Positions 61,418 to 64,000 of a stretch of 64,000 nt of DNA are shown piece by piece (position 1 is the stretch's first letter; every line of letters begins with the position of its first letter). Source of the DNA: Tubulanus polymorphus (taxonomy: Eukaryota; Animalia; Nemertea); NCBI RefSeq assembly GCF_964204645.1, contig NC_134025.1, forward strand, positions 16,033,101-16,097,100. The letters are read 5' to 3'. A program made the translations under genes and the position numbers. The notes beneath the pieces were generated by a model that had not been told where the DNA came from, made no database searches, and saw only the letters and a program-made list of their open reading frames with translations.

Positions 61418-62053
61418 CCCAAGAAAGATCTTTTTTTGTTCAAAAAACCTTTCGCTTGAAATTTTTTTTGTTCAAACCAATAATATTTAATTCGATTGAA
61501 CCAATTTGAAAAAATCGTTGGGACAAAGTTGTTCTCGTTGGAACAAACTTTTTTGGTCCATACGAAATGTTTTTAGTTCGAACAATTGTTCGATCGAACA
61601 GAATCGTTTCCGTTCTTTTGTCAGAATGTTAAGTTTTCCGTTCGAACAAGTATATTGTTAAAAGTTTTTCAATCAAACAGAATTATTTTCATTCAAACAT
61701 TTGTTCGACACAAAATTGTTTTCACTCGACAAAATTTTTTGTCAGGACAAAAAGTTTTTCACTCCAACCATAACATAGCTTTTTATTCGAAAATTTTTTT
61801 TGTCAGAACGATGAATAGTTTTCATTTGAACAAAAAGCATATTGTTCCATCAAGCGGAATTGTTTTCATTCGAAAAAGATTTTCTTGTCGGAACATTAAG
61901 TTTTTTGAACAGATATATTTTTCGTTCGAAGCGTTTTTCGTTCCAAAGAGCAAAATTCAGGTGGAACTAAATAGTCTTTTCGTTACAATAAGTATACTTT
62001 ATTCGAACAAAATAATCTTCTCATTCGAACACAAAGGTATAATCTGAACCTGG
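61418..62053. repeat. Degenerate TTCGAAC-rich array (subterminal region or separate CCCA-terminated TIR element)
   Basis: Many TTCGAAC/TTCGAAA motifs at ~20-25 bp spacing between CCCAAG and CCTGGG. Confidence 0.55.
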
Positions 62054-62517
62054 GTTTTCTTTATCCAATATCCATATCATGCCTTTCAGGTTGACGCCCA
62101 TCTTCCATGTTTCTGACCATGAACGGAACACAGCTTGTTTAGGTCAGTTTGGAAATGTACTCGGTTGGGTACATTTTGAATTAGGTCGTTTTGGAAATAT
62201 ACTCTGTCCGGTTCATTTTGGATTACTCTGTATATCATCTACCAGGACAATCATCCACTAGTTAGACCGATTTATTCCAAGTTTCGTTGATTTCGGCCAC
62301 CTGTTTTCATTCAGAAAAATCTCATGGACTGTTTGTCAACCGTCCTTTTATAAAACCGTTTTGACAGTTGAACAGGATTCTAACTTCCCTTCAATTTTTA
62401 TGGCATGGTGCGGTTGCATCAGCATACACACGATCGTTGACTCAGTATTCAGATGAGATCAAGAATACGAACGAGGATGTGCAGAAAACACGTTATCGCT
62501 GCTTTGCAGCTATATTT
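62054..62517 (+). mobile_element. 3' part of a Helentron derivative (probably copy A)
   Basis: Ends CAGAAAACACGTTATCGCTGCTTTGCAGCTATATTT, with no adjacent 5' end. Confidence 0.6.
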
Positions 62518-62519
62518 AT

Positions 62520-63968
62520 TATAAGGGTTTTCTGTTACTTCCCAGAAAACCCTATTGAGATTCGCGTGTTTCTTATTACGGTTTTCTGTTTCTTCACAGA
62601 AAACCCTATTCATATTCACATGATTATTATTAGGGTTTTTGCTTCTTTTGCAGAGACCCTATTGTAATTGTACTGATTATTATTATTATTATAATTATTA
62701 TCATTATCATTATTAGGGTTTTCTGTTTTCACAGAAAACCCTATTGAGATTCGCGTGTTTCTTATTATTAGGGTTTCTGCTGCCTTCGCAGAAACCCTAC
62801 TGTAATTGTACTGATTATTATTATTATTAGGGTTTCTGCTGCCTCTGCAGAAACCCTATTGGATTCCTGCTGATTATCATTTTAACATATTTTCCACTGA
62901 GTTTCGTCACATAAAAATTATCTACTTCCGCGAATCTGAAAGTTTGTGACGTCATTTCATGAATAAACAAAGAAGGAATGCTCCGAGAATATCCAAATCA
63001 CAGGTTACTGTGAATAACTGGGGTTCGACCATTCACAAGTTAAAAATGTACTTTCTTGTTAGTGAAGTAAGTTTATTCATACTGTTATTAAAAGCAGTTC
63101 CTTTTAAACATTCTATAATAGTATAATTTTGTTCGTGGATATCAATACTTCGAAAAATCAACAGCGGTTTATTTATTTATTGTACCGGTACGCGTTTTCT
63201 TAATTGAATTGAATTGGTCCGGGTGATACTAGTTAGCGTCAGAAAATGTCAGCGTCGGTGATACCTTGTTATCGTCGATATTAAACGGTCTAAAGTCAGT
63301 TTATACATCACATACATTACAAATTGGTGGTCCCTTGTACATGTACATCACATCGTGACGCAGCGGCGGTGGTAATGGCGGTGTCATAGAAGAACAAAGT
63401 GAGTTGAAAATACCTACCCACTGCAGTGCACCGATTAAGAGTGATTGCTAGCCAGAGACCAGTGACAGTCAGTAATGGGGAGTGATGGTAACGTTCGTGA
63501 TTATGTTTTTATAATGGTTTTTGGACGTCAATTTCATATGTGAATTGTAGTCCCCATCTGATCGCTTGACTTGTCAGACTGACTTGTCACTCGTCCACCA
63601 ATAGTAACACTATAAGGCCTTCCCTCCTGCATAGTTTACCCTATAGGCCAAATTTGTGCTTTGGGCCAAATTTGGTTTTCTTATCTAGTCGACTTTTTTT
63701 CGAAACTAATTATAACTGAATATGCGCTTAAACTGTCACTGTTATTTCCCCCAAAACCTGGCACATTAGTACTTAGCGCGTAGTAGCACATGCGCGTAGT
63801 AGCACATGTGGGTCAACATATCCATGTTGTGAGTTGACCCCTAGGTGGCACTCTTTCAAAAAAACGGAATGTAAAGAACTGATTTCGGGTGAAATCTTTG
63901 CTCGCATCCCTGAACGACATTCTATCCAGAAAGGCAGAAACCCGTTATCGCTGCTTGCAGCTATATTT
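62520..63968 (+). mobile_element. Non-autonomous Helentron copy C, preceded by stacked 5'-end hairpins
   Basis: Six AGGGTTT(T)CTG..CAGAAA(A)CCCTA units at 62520-62860. The 3' end is GCAGAAACCCGTTATCGCTGCTTGCAGCTATATTT. 62945-63110 is homologous to 55990-56150. Confidence 0.7.
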
Positions 63969-64000
63969 ATTATTATTATTATTATTGATAATTTCACACT

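Larger units (their letters stand above)
39420..62053 (+). mobile_element. Putative large two-gene KDZ (Kyakuja/Zisupton-like) DNA transposon; ends uncertain
   Basis: A KDZ-type transposase (+) and a convergent five-exon gene (-). CTGCTCAG arrays at 39530-39650 and 40355-40470 are mirrored by TGAGCAG arrays at 60735-60925. The block is bracketed by the two halves of Helentron A. No clear TIR or TSD was found. Confidence 0.5.

Noticed and set aside
39421-62053. CTCAGGCTTATATT / CCCAGGTTCAGATT as the TIR pair of the KDZ element
   Set aside because: Only 10 of 14 positions match and there is no TSD. The right motif may belong to the separate TTCGAAC array. Used only as approximate limits.

Overview
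AT-rich eukaryotic DNA (animal, most plausibly a marine invertebrate; inference). It is almost entirely a nest of mobile elements, and I could not recognise any ordinary host gene. Left to right: (1) a ~115-120 bp satellite, small MITEs and an internally deleted L2/CR1 LINE. (2) A full-length intron-containing Zator-like DNA transposon (9992-21273, TAA TSD), whose third exon is split by a Gmr1-type Ty3/Gypsy LTR element (11565-18211, PR-IN-RT-RH order). (3) A DINE/HINE-type Helentron derivative. (4) A compact, very AT-rich, intronless minus-strand gene cluster (~25300-37000) resembling an endogenous Polinton/adintovirus-like element. It is broken by a 7-bp-TSD TIR element carrying a RAG1-N/ZAD-like zinc finger, several MITEs and an internally deleted CR1. 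(5) A putative ~22 kb two-gene KDZ (Kyakuja/Zisupton-like) transposon with convergent multi-exon genes. It carries an intact BEL/Pao LTR element and a Helentron derivative, and appears to sit inside another Helentron derivative. Family calls come from motif recognition by eye, not database searches. Boundaries not fixed by a TIR or TSD are approximate.
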